Source: Chiloscyllium plagiosum
Taxonomy: Eukaryota
Reading direction: 5' to 3'
Assembly: GCF_004010195.1 (NCBI RefSeq)
Contig: NC_057753.1
Span: forward strand, 3,317,514 to 3,381,513
DNA length: 64,000 bases
Shown in pieces: positions 37,340 through 50,107 of this stretch. The translations under genes and the position numbers were made by a program. The notes beneath the pieces are model-generated. The model saw only the letters and a program-made list of their open reading frames with translations. It had not been told where the DNA came from and did not search any database. Position 1 is the stretch's first letter. The number at the start of each line of letters is the position of its first letter.

Positions 37340-39385
37340 TGGTAAACTGGGGGAAAATTTCACAGGAGCTGTGAGATGTGGATTGCTAGTAACTGTTTGA
37401 AGGTAAATCAACATTTGATGCGTGGGAGGTTTTTAAACAGAGGTTGATTGGAGTGCAAGAAAGACGTGTTCCTGCGAAAATGACAGATAGAGATAGGGAG
37501 ATTAGGGAACCCTGGAGGACAGCTGAAATTGTGAGACTAGCTAAGAGGAAATAGGAAGCATATATTAGGTCTGGGAGACTGAAGACAGCCGAAGCTTGGG
37601 AAGAATATTAGGAGCGTAGGAACAATCTGAAACGAAGAATTGAGAGAGATAAAAGTGATCATGTGTTACCTTTAGCAAACAGGGTTAAAGAAAACGCCAA
37701 AAGCTTTATTCACATATAACGGCCAAAAGCGTAACTAGAGAAAAGGTTGGCTCACTCAAGGACAAAGGAGGAAAGTTGTGCGCAGAGGCAGATAGAATGG
37801 AAGAGATTTTTACTGAGTACTTTGCATGTGTATTCACTGAGGCGAGTGAAATGACAGATGTTGAGGTTAGGAATCGATGTTTGATTGTTCCAGGTCAAGC
37901 CAGCAGAAGGAGAGAGGAAGTGTTGGGTATTCTAAAAAAGCATTAAGGTAGACAAGTGCACATGTCCGGTCAGGATCTATGCCAAGTTACTGAGTGAAGC
38001 GAGAGAGGAAATAGCTGGGGTCTTAACAAATATATTTGCAGCATCGTTGTACACGGATGAGGTCCCAAAGGACTGGAGAAGTGCTAATGTTGAACCCTTG
38101 AATCAAGAAGGTTTATCAGGGATAACACAGGTCACTTTGAACTGGTGATCCTGACGTCAGAAGTAGAGAAACTGCTGGAGAAGATACTGAGATATAGGAT
38201 CTAATCCCATTTGGAAGAAAATGGGCTTATCAGTGATAGACAACATGGTTTTGTGCAGTGAAGGTCTTTTCTTACCAACTTAATACAGTTCGGAGAGGAA
38301 GTGACAAAGTTGATTGATCTGGGAAGAGCTTTAGATGTCGTATACAGGGGATTCAGTAAGATATTTAATAAGGTTCCCCATGGTAGGCTGATTGAGAAGG
38401 TGAAGTAGCTTGGGCTCCAGGGTGTACGAGCTAGATGGATCTAGAACTGGCTGATCAGCAGGAGACAGAGATTCGTAATGGAAGGGATCAGGAAGTTTGC
38501 TGATGCCACGAAGGTGGGTGGAGTAGCAGATAGTGAAGGGGACTGTCAGAGAATAGACCTGAGTGTAGATAGATTGGACAGATAAATGGTAGATGAAGTT
38601 CAGTCCAGGCAAATGCGAGTTGATGTATTTTCGAAGATACATTTCAAGAGTGACCCATATAGTAAATGGGAAAGTTCTGAGGAAAATTAATGTACAGAGA
38701 GATCTGGGTGTTCAGGTCCATTGTTCTGTGAAGGTGGCAACGCAGAGTATTGAAGAAGGCATATGGCATGATTTTCTTCATCAGATGGGATATTGAGTAC
38801 AAGAGTTGACAGGTCATGTTACAGTTGTAAAAGACTTTAGTTTGGCCACATTTGGAATACTGCGTAGAGATGTGGTCACCACATTGTCAAAAGGATGCGG
38901 ATGCCTTGGAGAGGGTGCAGAGGAGATTCACTCGGATGTTGCCTGGCATGGAGGACGCTAGCTGTCGAGGGTCTGAATAGGTTACGATTGTTTTCATGAG
39001 AAAGACAGAAGTTGAGGCGACATGTTTGAGGTCCACGAAATCATAAGAGGTTTCGACAAGGTGGATAGCAAGTAGCTGTTTCCTAGTGTGCGGGGATTCA
39101 ATTACTCGGGGTCATGAGTTCAAGTTGAGAGGGGCACCTTTTCAGGGAGAGACGTGTCGGAAGTTCATTAGGCAGAGAGTGGTGGGTTCCTGGAATGCAG
39201 TGTCAGTGGCAGAGACAGGCACGATGGCATCATTTAAGATATATCTTGACAGATGCATGAGTAGGAAGAGAGCAAAGGGATACAGACCCTTAGAAAATAG
39301 GCGACGGGTTTAGTTAGAGGATCTGGATCAGTGCAATCTCAGAGGGCTGAAGCACCAGTTTCTGTGCTGTTATTTTCTTTATTCT
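37340..39385 (+). mobile_element. CR1 LINE, decayed
   Basis: RDLGVQVHCSVKVA and RGHEFKL; many stops. Confidence 0.8.
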
Positions 39386-39544
39386 TTGCTGCTGTTCTAT
39401 ATTTTTGCAGCTTACAAGTGCAGTGAAAGATTGCTGTGACTAGTATTTGAAATGCATTAGTAACGTCCGCTATACACAGTGACAGAACGATGGCAGGACT
39501 CTTGATTTGTGAACACGACGAAAGGTACAGGTACTGTTTCGGAA

Positions 39545-40155
39545 GTACATAGAACATAGAACATAGAACATAGAACATAGAAGAATACAGCGCAGTACAG
39601 GCCCTTCGGCCCTCGATGTTGCGCCGATCCAAGCCCACCTAACCTACACTAGCCCACTATCCTCCATATGCCTATCCAATGCCCGTTTAAATGCCCATAA
39701 TGAGGGAGAGTCCACCACTGCTACTGGCAAGGCATTCCATGAACTCACGACTCGCTGAGTAAAGAACCTACCCCTAACATCAGTCCTATACCTACCCCCC
39801 CCCTTAATTTAAAGCTATGCCCCCTTGTAATAGCTGACTCCATACGTGGAAAAAGATTCTCACTGTCGACCCTATCTAAACCCCTAATCATCTTGTACAC
39901 CTCTATCAAGTTACCCCTAAACCTTCTTTTCTCCAATGAAAACAACCCCAAGTGCCTCAGCCTTTCCTCATACGATCTTCCTACCATACCAGGCAACATC
40001 CTGGTAAACCTCCTCTGCACCCGTTCCAGTGCCTCCACATCCTTCCTATAGTATGGCGACCAAAACTGCACACCATACTCCAGATGCGGCTGCAACAGAG
40101 TCTTATACAACTGCAACATGACCTCAGCGCTCCGGAACTCAATTCCTCTACCAAG
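39545..40155 (-). mobile_element. Young CR1 3' end with (TTCTATG)n tail
   Basis: LQLYKTLLQPHLEYGVQFWSPYY. About five ACATAGA units at about 39548-39582. Lies about 420 bp downstream of the GPCR C stop codon. Confidence 0.9.
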
Positions 40156-40575
40156 TCTGTGAATATTCGACATAGCTTCAACAACTTGCATAGCTCTGGT
40201 CAAAGGAGTGGTACAATGTTTCTGATTCGAGAATAATTTATCAATGAGTAGCAATGGTTGTAGTTGTTTGCAACAGTCTCCAAATAGGAACAAATGCACA
40301 ATAATAATAGGAAAGAATCCTCCTGACTGACTCACACTATCAATCCCACTTTCAACATTAACATTCTGGACAAATCCTGAATAAGCAGGGGACGGACAAT
40401 TGGAAATCAACTGCAAACAAATTGCTACACTGGCTTTTATAGCCTTGCAACGTTCCTCGTACATTTCTGAATTTATCAGTAAGGCAATGTCTAACAAACC
40501 CCGCATGTGTAGCTGACTGTCAAGAGGAGGATGTGCTACACTAAAGCATGCAATTGATTTCAGGCTATCCCTTTA

Positions 40576-43297
40576 TCAATGTTTAAACGTTTTAATAAAT
40601 AGGTTCAACATAAATTTCTTTAATTCATCTCTAATTTTGCTCTGCGTTACAGCATATATAAATGGGTTGATGCAGAAACTCAATAACTGGAGCATATATC
40701 CAGTTTGTTGCAAATAAAATGTGGCATTACGCAAAGTGGATCCTGAGGAATACGTAACATTCGCAATTCGAACATAGAGAATGTTTACGAAAAATAACGA
40801 ATATAATAGAATGAAAGTGCCCGAGATGGAAAAGAGTAAAATAATGGACTTTCTCCGTTTCTCCATCTCTGGGTCACGCTGAGTCTCTCCATTATTCTGA
40901 AGCTGGAGTCTTCTCCTGGCTCTATTGGCCAAGAGAATGCATCTCACTGTCAGTGCATTTAGTAGTAGAATTAGAATAAAAGGGAGACATGGATTTAAAG
41001 CAGAACGGATCCAGTCATATGCAGCCCAAGCAGGTGACGTATAAATAGTAGTCATTATGCTACACAGCCAGGGTGTATTGTTGATTACGTATCTGGGTTC
41101 AAATTGAAAATATATGAAAATGTTTTTCATACCGCACAGAGTAGACACTACCCCTATCACCCACGCTGTCACCTTCTTGGTGCAATATTTTACTTTCAGG
41201 TTCTGGCGAGATATAGCCACAAATCGATCAAAAGTAAAAGTGACAGTTAACCAGGCAGAATTGTCAATAACTGCCAGATTTAATGCAGCACGAAAACTGC
41301 ACACTGGTGTGATAGAAAGGAAACTGGATGGGAAATAAATCCCAACAATTCGATTTAAAATCACAGCTGTGACCATGACCAGGAGATCTGTTGCTGCCAT
41401 TGCCACCAAATAGTAAGTGATACATCTAGAGAGACCACAGGTTCTTCGAGATAGGACTGCAATCACTATTAGATTAGCTGGAAGAAAGAAAGAGAGTGAG
41501 TTACAATCGGACCATTTCTTCTTCTAATTACAATCAGGTTTCCTATATTACAGGACTTTTTCAGAAGTTTCAAGATTTTAGAAAGAAATCATAATTTGGA
41601 CATCATTCCTTACTTTGTGGAATAATTGACTTTTGAATGAAACACTGAAACGTGGAAACCAAATTAACGACGCAACAAAGATTTAGAAATCTTTGCAGAT
41701 AGCAACAATTCACCCACCAACAATTCACCACTTCTTTCAGTTGAGACCAATTCCAGGACAAGAATACATTTTAAAAATGCATTTAATATGTCACAAGCAT
41801 AAAAATACCAAAGTAAGCAAATCCTCCCAACAAAGAGAATATGTTGAAAGAGGTAATCTACAAAGCACAAACAATATGGTGGAAACTGGCAATGACATGA
41901 ATTAAACTGGAAATATGCAACTCTCCAACTTCACAGACTTTATTCTGGGATTGATTCGATGACCGAGCTATTCATGGGAGAATAATCTCTCATTTGTGGC
42001 GACGATGGAAAGCATGGAAACTGGGTGGTGATGAGAATTTGTTCAGAGAAAGTCCTTCCTGCAGTGCAGCACTCACCAGAGGTTGATTGCACAGTCATGA
42101 TAAATAATGACGCGTTTCTCATTTGCATTTTTAAAATTAAACCTTACAAATGCAATACAATAAATGCGAAAATTGTGAAGATTCATTCAATTTTAGAAGA
42201 ACAACAAAACTAGAAACAGTCCAGGCTAATGTCGAAAGCTTAGGGTGAGAGGAGAAAGCTATAAAAGGGACCAAAGAGGCAACTGTTTCACTCAGATGGT
42301 GGTACGTGTATGGAATGAGCTGCCCGAGGAAGTGGTGGAGGCTGGTACAATTGCAACATTTAAAATGCCTTTGGATGGGTATATGAACAGGAAGAGTTTG
42401 GTGGGATATGGGCCGGATGCTGGCAAGTGGGACTAGATTGGTTTGAGGTATCTGGTCGGCATGGACGAGTTGGACTGAAGGGTTTGTTTCCACGCTGTAC
42501 ATCTCTATGACTCTATGAAAGATGGAAATTCCATATCAGCAAACATCGCATTAGAACAATCAGAAACATTTAATGTAGAATGAACGTGCAACGCTTAAAC
42601 TGCCAGCACTAGTGACTGTAAACAAAAACAAATGCGTTCTGTGCATTATTGACAAATTCCAATTTTCACTTAAAGCAGAAACACAATATTGTTATATATC
42701 TTTGAACATTTCGAAAACTAATTAATCCCCTTCGTTAAAATCAGTCATTAAATGCAGATGGAAATTGTTCAACAGTTGAATATACTGAAGCAATAATGCA
42801 TTCATGCATTTTTCCCCTTTCCTTCAAAGAAAATTGCACTTTCAATCCAGATGTATGACGGGATGATGGTGGAAATAACCTCCACAAAAGAAAACTAAAA
42901 TATGATGATAACCTGAAAGTTTCGTTAATAATGCCACGATAGATCTACTTTTACAGAACAGTAACTGCTTAGTAATTGACCAAGTCTCATGTTGCCAACA
43001 CTGCAGCTGAATTGGTTTTAAATTGTGACTCATGCCTTTAACACTGTAGAAATCTATTACATTATGTATCCACCTTCACGGAACATATCACAATGTTGAA
43101 TCCAAATGTTTCATCCTATTGAATCGGAGAAACAATATTTATTGCTACTGGCGTCGTGATACTGGTAAAACTGGAGAACTGACGCAACTAATCAGTAACT
43201 CTACATTTTGAACTCTCAACGTTTTACCTGGAAGACCAATAGCTGCAAGGACTGGATAATAAATGGCAAAGACCAAACCTCTTGGTATCTCATGCAT
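40576..43297 (-). CDS. GPR139/GPR142-like class A GPCR copy C, intact, two exons, 323 aa
   Basis: Exon 1 is 43297-43228 (MHEIPRGLVFAIYYPVLAAIGLP), followed by a GT-AG phase-1 intron at 43227-41478 and exon 2 at 41477-40576 (ANLIVIAVLSRRTCGL...). It has seven hydrophobic segments plus MAATDL, FDRFVAI and CINPFIY. Exon 1 is 70 nt, as in copy A. In-frame upstream ATGs exist, so the start is inferred from the paralog. Confidence 0.9.
42240..42517 (+). mobile_element. CR1 3' end in the GPCR C intron
   Basis: VWNELPEEVVEAGTIATFK and a CTATGACT tail. Confidence 0.9.
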
Positions 43298-43377
43298 TTC
43301 TGACAGATGGTCTGAGCACTTTTCATGAATCATCGAAACATGACTACATTTGTACATAGTTACATATGCATTTCAAA

Positions 43378-43395
43378 CTCCAGGGAATTAATTAG
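43378..43395. promoter_or_regulatory. GPCR C proximal O/E(EBF) plus homeodomain composite
   Basis: CTCCAGGGA (matches YYYCARRRR), then A, then TTAATTAG, about 80 bp upstream of the ATG. Confidence 0.6.
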
Positions 43396-46061
43396 TCAAA
43401 TTTGCTTTTTCCATTATGACTTTCATTGCAGTGAGCAGATTGGTGTTTTTTCTGATTATTTCACTTTTAATTGGAATGGATGTTCAATTCATGCGGCCTG
43501 AAATTGATCTGAAGTGACATGCACAGCGATTAAATGAGGACGAAGGTATTATTTCGACATTTAAAAAAAGCATTATTGCTGTCTGAATATTGCCTTTAGA
43601 ACACAGCAGTGGATTCCTTTGGAAACTTTAATGAGATAGGCAAACATTTCGACGAAAGCACAGCCATGCTCTACCACTGTTATATCCTTTCAATCATGAT
43701 TCAGATGCGACATGAATCCAGTCAATGCAGATGCAATAAAACATCAGTCTAACATTGCGTTAACATTCAACTTGGAAGAGACATTGATGACGATGCCTCC
43801 AGCAAATTCCTATCATTTTAACGCACAGGGATAGCAACCCAAACCAAATTACCATCTCCAGCACTAAATTAGAACAAACTATTAAATGTCCAGCAAAATT
43901 GCTCGATTGTTGTTAAACAAGCTTTCCAAACAACCAAACTTCGAGAACAAGTTTACCACTTGAGTAGAAAATGTAGCTTTTACAGAGGACAAATAAAGTG
44001 TAAGGCAATATCTGTGATTTAAATCTAATTGTCTTTGAATATATATCAAAGGCAGACAGGCAAACACAGTTAATGAATCAATATTTTAAAAGTAATGCTA
44101 ATTTGCCAGGTGAATAACCATTTCATCGCCAAATACCAGACAGTCATGAAATACTTTGATGATGGTGGTATTCAAGTCGTATATATTTTGCATGAATTCT
44201 GAAGTCACTGGAAAGCGTAAAAAACATCTGAATGCCCCTGGAGACATCTGGTGCAAACTGGTGTTCTTCTCTCAGAACTTTCAACAAATTGATGACGAGA
44301 AAATAGCTACAGACAGCAAAACTGAAAACAGCTTCCTTGTCTGGCAGCTTCGAAAACGATACTGTTTGCTGCCCAAGCCCAGGCAAGAAACGTTTATTTT
44401 TTGTTTTCTCTTTATTTTTCAATTTTCCCCGTGTTTGCTTCGCCAGCAACGGTTCTCACTTGTTGTCCAATTCAACATCTAAACAGCTGCTATTTCCTGA
44501 GCATGATAATATTTAGGTGCTGATAGGCTATCTCTCCTGGCTCTTTAAACAAACTGCATTGAGAAAATAAGCACTGCGACTTATTGCTTCTTCAATAAGT
44601 CTGAACTGCACGACGTACACTTTCCAATTAAGCACACGTCTTATGGCTTCCATGGAGAGATTCCTGACCAGTCAGCTTGCTCTTATAAAAAGCTTCTGAC
44701 AAGGTTCCACGTGATAGACTCTTGCTCTTGCTAATTTGATACAATAAGTACACGAAACATTGTTATTATTCTTTTCCCCTTTATGTATACATCCAATCCT
44801 GTGAAAAACCTGACCAATGATGTGGGCAGCCCTAGGTTCCCATGGTCTTATGATGCTTACCATACTTTGTAATCATCAGGCTTACAAAGTATCCCATAAA
44901 TCCACATTTCAATGTCAACAATTATTCTCTTTTCGAGACATTTACCAAGCTCGCTTACATTTAAGGGTTGCTTGAATTCTGGAATTAATTTTATTCATTG
45001 CTATCACCATCAAAGTATCTCCCTCATCTTTCATTCCCACTCGGGAGAGTGGTGCTGGAAAAGCACAGCAGGTCAGGCAGCATCTGAGAAGCAGGAGAAT
45101 CAACCTTTCGAGCATAAGCCCATTTTGATCAAGCCAATCCTCCTGCTCCTTTCCTCACTCTCTTCTTATAATTCCCACTGATATAATCACAGGGTATACA
45201 AAAGGAAATTAGTTCCTAGCTATTGATTATAAGATTCCTAATATTAGTTCGAATATAAAGTTAATTAAATGTAAAGTTTTATGTTTACACCTATTGCTAG
45301 AAACCTTGAGATAATGATTTGTGCACAGTTTTGGCACACCTGCCCTTGGAGTTTCTGTTAGGCACTATTGCTCAAACTTGCAACTGCATTATAACTCATT
45401 CTAGTCACATGCTGATTTCTGTGATTAACATTTTCTCCTCCTAAGATAATATATCTTTCATTGATAAGACGAAAGTTTAATCACTGCCACAGCTCAATGA
45501 ACTTCTCCAATCTCCGAGATTTTTCGGAGTCATAATACCATCCTTACCATTTGTCTCTGATATTATGGGATCCCAGTTTTATGTTTAATGCTTGCTACAG
45601 ATGTCAGGTTGTCTGATCTTGCAATCTCTTATCGAACTGTCTCCTACACTCATCTGCAGCGAGTGATTTTTTGCAGTTCTCCCTGTCAATTATTTGGTAA
45701 GATTCTTTGTTCAACGTGGACTCTGTTACGTTGGGAAACGTCCTTTTCAAAGCTACCATTGTGCTACCTTTTGCACTCAATTTAATGCTGGACGAGGCAG
45801 GCTAATTCTATTGCTGCTGCTATATGTATGTCAACAGACGACCATATTGTGCCACCTCTGACCAGGGGCTGCCCCGACACAGAGCAAATAATCAAGGTTT
45901 GGTTTTCAGACTGGAGGGATGTGACCAGCTATGCCCACTTTTGTTTGTCATTTATGTAAATTATTTAGGAGAAAGTGAGGACTGCAGATACTGGAGACCA
46001 GAATTGAAAAATGTGTTGCTGGAAAAGTGCAGCAGGTCAGGCTGCATCAAAGGAGCCGGAG

Positions 46062-46097
46062 AATCGACGTTTCGGGCATAAGCCCTTCTTCAGGAAT
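46062..46097 (-). ncRNA. Minimal hammerhead ribozyme motif
   Basis: Reads ATTC-CTGAAGA-A-GGGC-ttat-GCCC-GAAA-CG-TC-GATT. Confidence 0.75.
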
Positions 46098-48358
46098 GAG
46101 GAGGGTGTGCCAAGCAGGCTAAGATAAAAGGTAGGGAGGAAGGATTTGGGGGAGGGGCATTGGGAATGCGATAGGTGGAAGGAGGTTAAGGTGAGGATGA
46201 TAGGCCAGAGAGGTGGTGGGGGCGGAGAGGTTGGGAAGAAGATTGCAGGTCAAGAAGGCGGTGGTGATTCCGAGGGTTGGGACTGAGATAAGGTGGGGTG
46301 GAGGGGAAATGAGGAAGCTGGAGAAATCTGCATTCATCCCTTGTGGTTGGAGGATTCCTAGGTGGAAGATGAGGCGCTCTTCCTCCAGGCGTCGTGTGGC
46401 CAGGGTCTGGCGATGGAGGATGCCAAGGACCTGCATGCCCTTGGCGGAGTGGGAGGTGGAGTTAAAGTGTTCAGCCTCGGGGCGGTTGGGTTGGTTGGCG
46501 CGGGTTTCCCAGAGGTTTTCTCTGAAACATTCTGCAAGTAGGCAGCCTGTCTCCCCAATGTAGAGGAGGCCACATCGGGTGCAGCGGATGCAGTAAATGA
46601 TGTGTGTGGAGGTGCAGGTGAATTTGTGACGGATATGGAAGGATCCCTTGGGGCCATGGAGGGAAGTGAGGGGGGTGGTGTGGGCGCAAGTTTTGCATTA
46701 CTTGCGGTTGCAGGGGAAGGTGCCGGGAGTGTAGGTTGGATTGGTGGGGGATGTGGACCTGATGAGGGAGTCACAGAGGGAGTGGTCTTTCTGGAACGCT
46801 GATAGAGGAGGGGAGTGAAATTGATCCTTGGTGGTGGGGTCTGTTTGGAGGTGGCGGAAATGATGAAGGATGATACGATGTATCTGGAGGTTGGTGGGGT
46901 GGTAGGTTAGGACCAGTGGGATTCTGTCCTGGTGGCGATTGGAGGGGCGGGGTTCACGGGCAGAGGAGCGGGAAATGGAGGAGATGTGGTGGAGAGCATC
47001 GTCAACCACGTCTGAGGGGAAATTACCGTCTTTGAAGAAGGAGACCATTTGGGTTGTTCGGTATTGGAATTGGTCCTCCTGGGAGCAGATGTAGCGGAGG
47101 AAAAGGTGGGGGGTGGTGCCAGTGTAGCTGTGGAAGATGCGAGGAGGTTGAAATATTCATCCACTTTACTAACACCTTTCACCCCGAACTCAAATTTACC
47201 TGGACCGTCTCAGACTCCTCCCTCCCCTTCCTAGACCTCTCCATTTCCATCTCGGGCGACCGAATAAACACGGATATTTACTATAAACCGACCGACTCCC
47301 ACAGCTAACTAGATTACACCTCCTCCCACCCTGACCCCTGTAGAAATACCATCCCATATTCCTAATTCCTTCGCCTCTGCCGCATCTGGTCCTAGCAGGA
47401 CCAAGTCCAATATCGAACAACCCAGATGGCCTCCTTCTTCAAAGACTACAATTTCCCCTCAGACGTGGTTGACGATACTCTCCACCCCATCTCCTCCACT
47501 TCCCGCTCCTCCGCCCTTGAATCATGCCCCTCCAATCGCTACCAGGACAGAACCCCACTGGTCCTCACCTACCAGCCCACCAACCTCCAGATACATTATA
47601 TCATCCTTCGTCATTTCCACCACCTCCAAACAGACCCCGCCACCAAGGATATATTTCCCTCCCCTATCAGCGTTCCAGAAAGACCACTCCCTCCGTGACT
47701 CCCTCATCAGGTCCACAGCCCCGACCAATCCAACCTCCACTCCCAGCACATTCCCGTGCAACCGCAAGAAATGCAAAACTTGTGCCCACACCTCCCCCCT
47801 CACTTCCCCAAGGGATCCTTCCATATCCATCACAAATTCACCTGCACCTCCACGCACATTTACTGTATCTGCTGCACCCGATGTGGCCTCCTCTACATTG
47901 GGGAGACAGGCCGCCTACTTGCGGAACGTTTCAGAGAACAGCTCTGGGACACCCGCACCAACCAACCCAACCGCCCCGAGAGTGAACACTTTAACTCCCA
48001 CTCCCACTCCGTCAAGGACATGCAGGTCCTTGCCCTCCTCCATCGCCAGACCATAGCAACACGACGCCTGGAGGAAGAGGGCCTCATCTTCCGCCTAGGA
48101 ACCCTCCAACCACAAGGGATGAATGCAGATTTCTCCAGCTTCCTCAGTTCCCCTCCCCTCCACCTTATCTCAGTCTCAAACCTCGGAATCAGCACCGCCT
48201 TCTTGACCTGCAATCTTCTTCCTGACATCTCCGCCCCACCCCCTATCTGGCCTATCACCCTCACCTTAACCTCCTTCCACCTATTGCGTTCACCAACGGC
48301 CCTCCCCCAAGTCCCTCCTCCCTACCTTTTATCTTAGCCTGCTTGGCACACCTTCCTC

Positions 48359-48394
48359 ATTCCTGAAGAAGGGCTTACGCCCGAAACGTCGATT
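48359..48394 (+). ncRNA. Minimal hammerhead ribozyme motif
   Basis: Reads ATTC-CTGAAGA-A-GGGC-ttac-GCCC-GAAA-CG-TC-GATT. Confidence 0.75.
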
Positions 48395-48769
48395 CTCCTG
48401 CACCATATAAATTATTTAGCTGAGAACATGGAAGGCATGATTATTATGTTTGTAAGTGAGATCAGAATTGGCAGTATATGGGACAGCGATGAAGGTAATT
48501 GAAGATTATAAAAAGATTGTGATCAATTGGGTCAACGAGACAGAGAATTGCAAACGAATTTTAATTTGGATAAGTGTGAGGTATTTTATTTTGATAAACA
48601 AACAAAGGCAGGACTTATCCAATTTTAAGTCAGGCCTTGAATGATGTTGTGGAAGCGAAACTTCTAGGGTTAAGATACACGATCCTTTGAATCTTGAGTC
48701 ACAATAGATAGGATGGCTAAGAGGGTGTTAAGCATATTAGCATTCAATGCTCAGAGTTCTGCGTTTTGC

Positions 48770-49905
48770 GCAGTTGACGTGGTATATATGGACTTGAGTA
48801 AAGCCTTTGATAAGGTCCCACATGGTAGGCTGTTGGAGAAAATGCAAAGGCATGGAATTGAGTGTGATTTAGCAGTTTGGATTAGAAACTGGCTTTCTGA
48901 ATGAATACAGTGAGTGGTGGTTGGTGGAAAATATTCAGCCTGGAGTCCACTCACTAGTGGTGTGCCATAAGGATCTGTTTTGTACCACTGATGATTGTCA
49001 TTTTTATAAATGACTTAGACGCAGGCATAGGTGGATGGAGAAAAAAATTGCAGACGATACCATAGTCGGTGGAGTAGCGGACAGTGTGGACGAATGTTAC
49101 AGGTTGCAGGGGGACTGCAGAATTGGGCTGAAAGGTGGCAAATGGAGTTCAATGCAGCTAAATGTGTGGTGATGCACTTTGGGAAGAATAACTGTAAGAT
49201 AGAGCACTGGGTCAAATTGAAAGATTCTTGGTCGCGTGGATTTGCAGAGGCACCTTGAAAGTTGCCACCCAGGTGGATAGTGCTGTTACGAAGGCCTATG
49301 GTGCGGTAGATTTCATTCGTCGAGGGATTGAGTTGTGGAGCCGCAATCTCATGCTGCAACAATACAAAACGTTGGTCGGTCACACTTGGAATGTTGTGTA
49401 CAGTTCTGGTCCCCATATTTCGGGAAGGACGTGGATGCATTGGAAAAGGTGCAGAGGAGACTTACCAGAATGTTGCCTGGTCTGGAGGAAAGGCATTATG
49501 AGGAAAGGCTGAGAGACTTGCGTCTGTTCTCATTGGAAAGAAGAAGGCTAAGAGCGGATTTGATAGAGACATACAAGATGATCAATGGATTAGATAGATG
49601 AGACAGTGAAAGTCTTTTCCCTAGGTGATGATGTCAGCTTTTACGAGGGGGGCATAACTACAAATTGAGGGGTGATAGATTTAAGACAGATGACAGAGGC
49701 AGGTTCTTCACGCAGAGAGTGGTAAGGGTGTGGAATGCCCTACCTGCTAATGTAGTCAACTCAGCCACATTAGGGAGATTCAAACAATCCTTAGATAAGC
49801 ACATGGATGATTTTGGGATAGTGTAGGGGGCCGAGCTGAGAATAGTTCATAGGTCAGCGCAACATCGAGAGCTGAAGGGCTGTATTGTTTGATGATCTAT
49901 GTTCT
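48770..49905 (+). mobile_element. CR1 LINE nested in an older CR1
   Basis: VDVVYMDLSKAFDKVPHGRL...HLECCVQFWSPY. Host CR1 pieces lie at about 45900-45968, 48420-48760, 49905-50105 and 51260-51600. Confidence 0.88.
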
Positions 49906-50107
49906 AGAACTTCATGTTCAGTTTGTACAAGACGTTGGTGAGGCCCCTTCTGGGGAACGAGTCCAGTTCTGGTCTCCCTGTTACCTGGAAGAAATAATTT
50001 CAGTTGGAGACGGTTCAGAAGAGATTTTCGTGGAATGAATGTTTTGAGTTAGAAGGAGAGGGTGTTTTTTTTTCACTGGAGTGTAGAAGCTTGAAGCGTG
50101 ATCTTTC

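Larger units (their letters stand above)
45969..48407. mobile_element. Penelope-like element, single insertion with a large inversion (divergent arms)
   Basis: Minus arm about 45969-47090 and plus arm about 47140-48400. GIY-YIG: IYCICCTRCGLLYIGETGRLLAERFRE. 12-bp TSD TAAATTATTTAG at 45957-45968 and 48408-48419. Confidence 0.92.

Noticed and set aside
39745..40506. 253-aa ORF downstream of GPCR C
   Set aside because: Chance fusion of unique 3' flank with a CR1 ORF2 C-terminus.
42718..42735. Intronic CTAATTAA-T-CCCC half composite in GPCR C
   Set aside because: Only half of the O/E site matches and no counterpart was seen in copy A.
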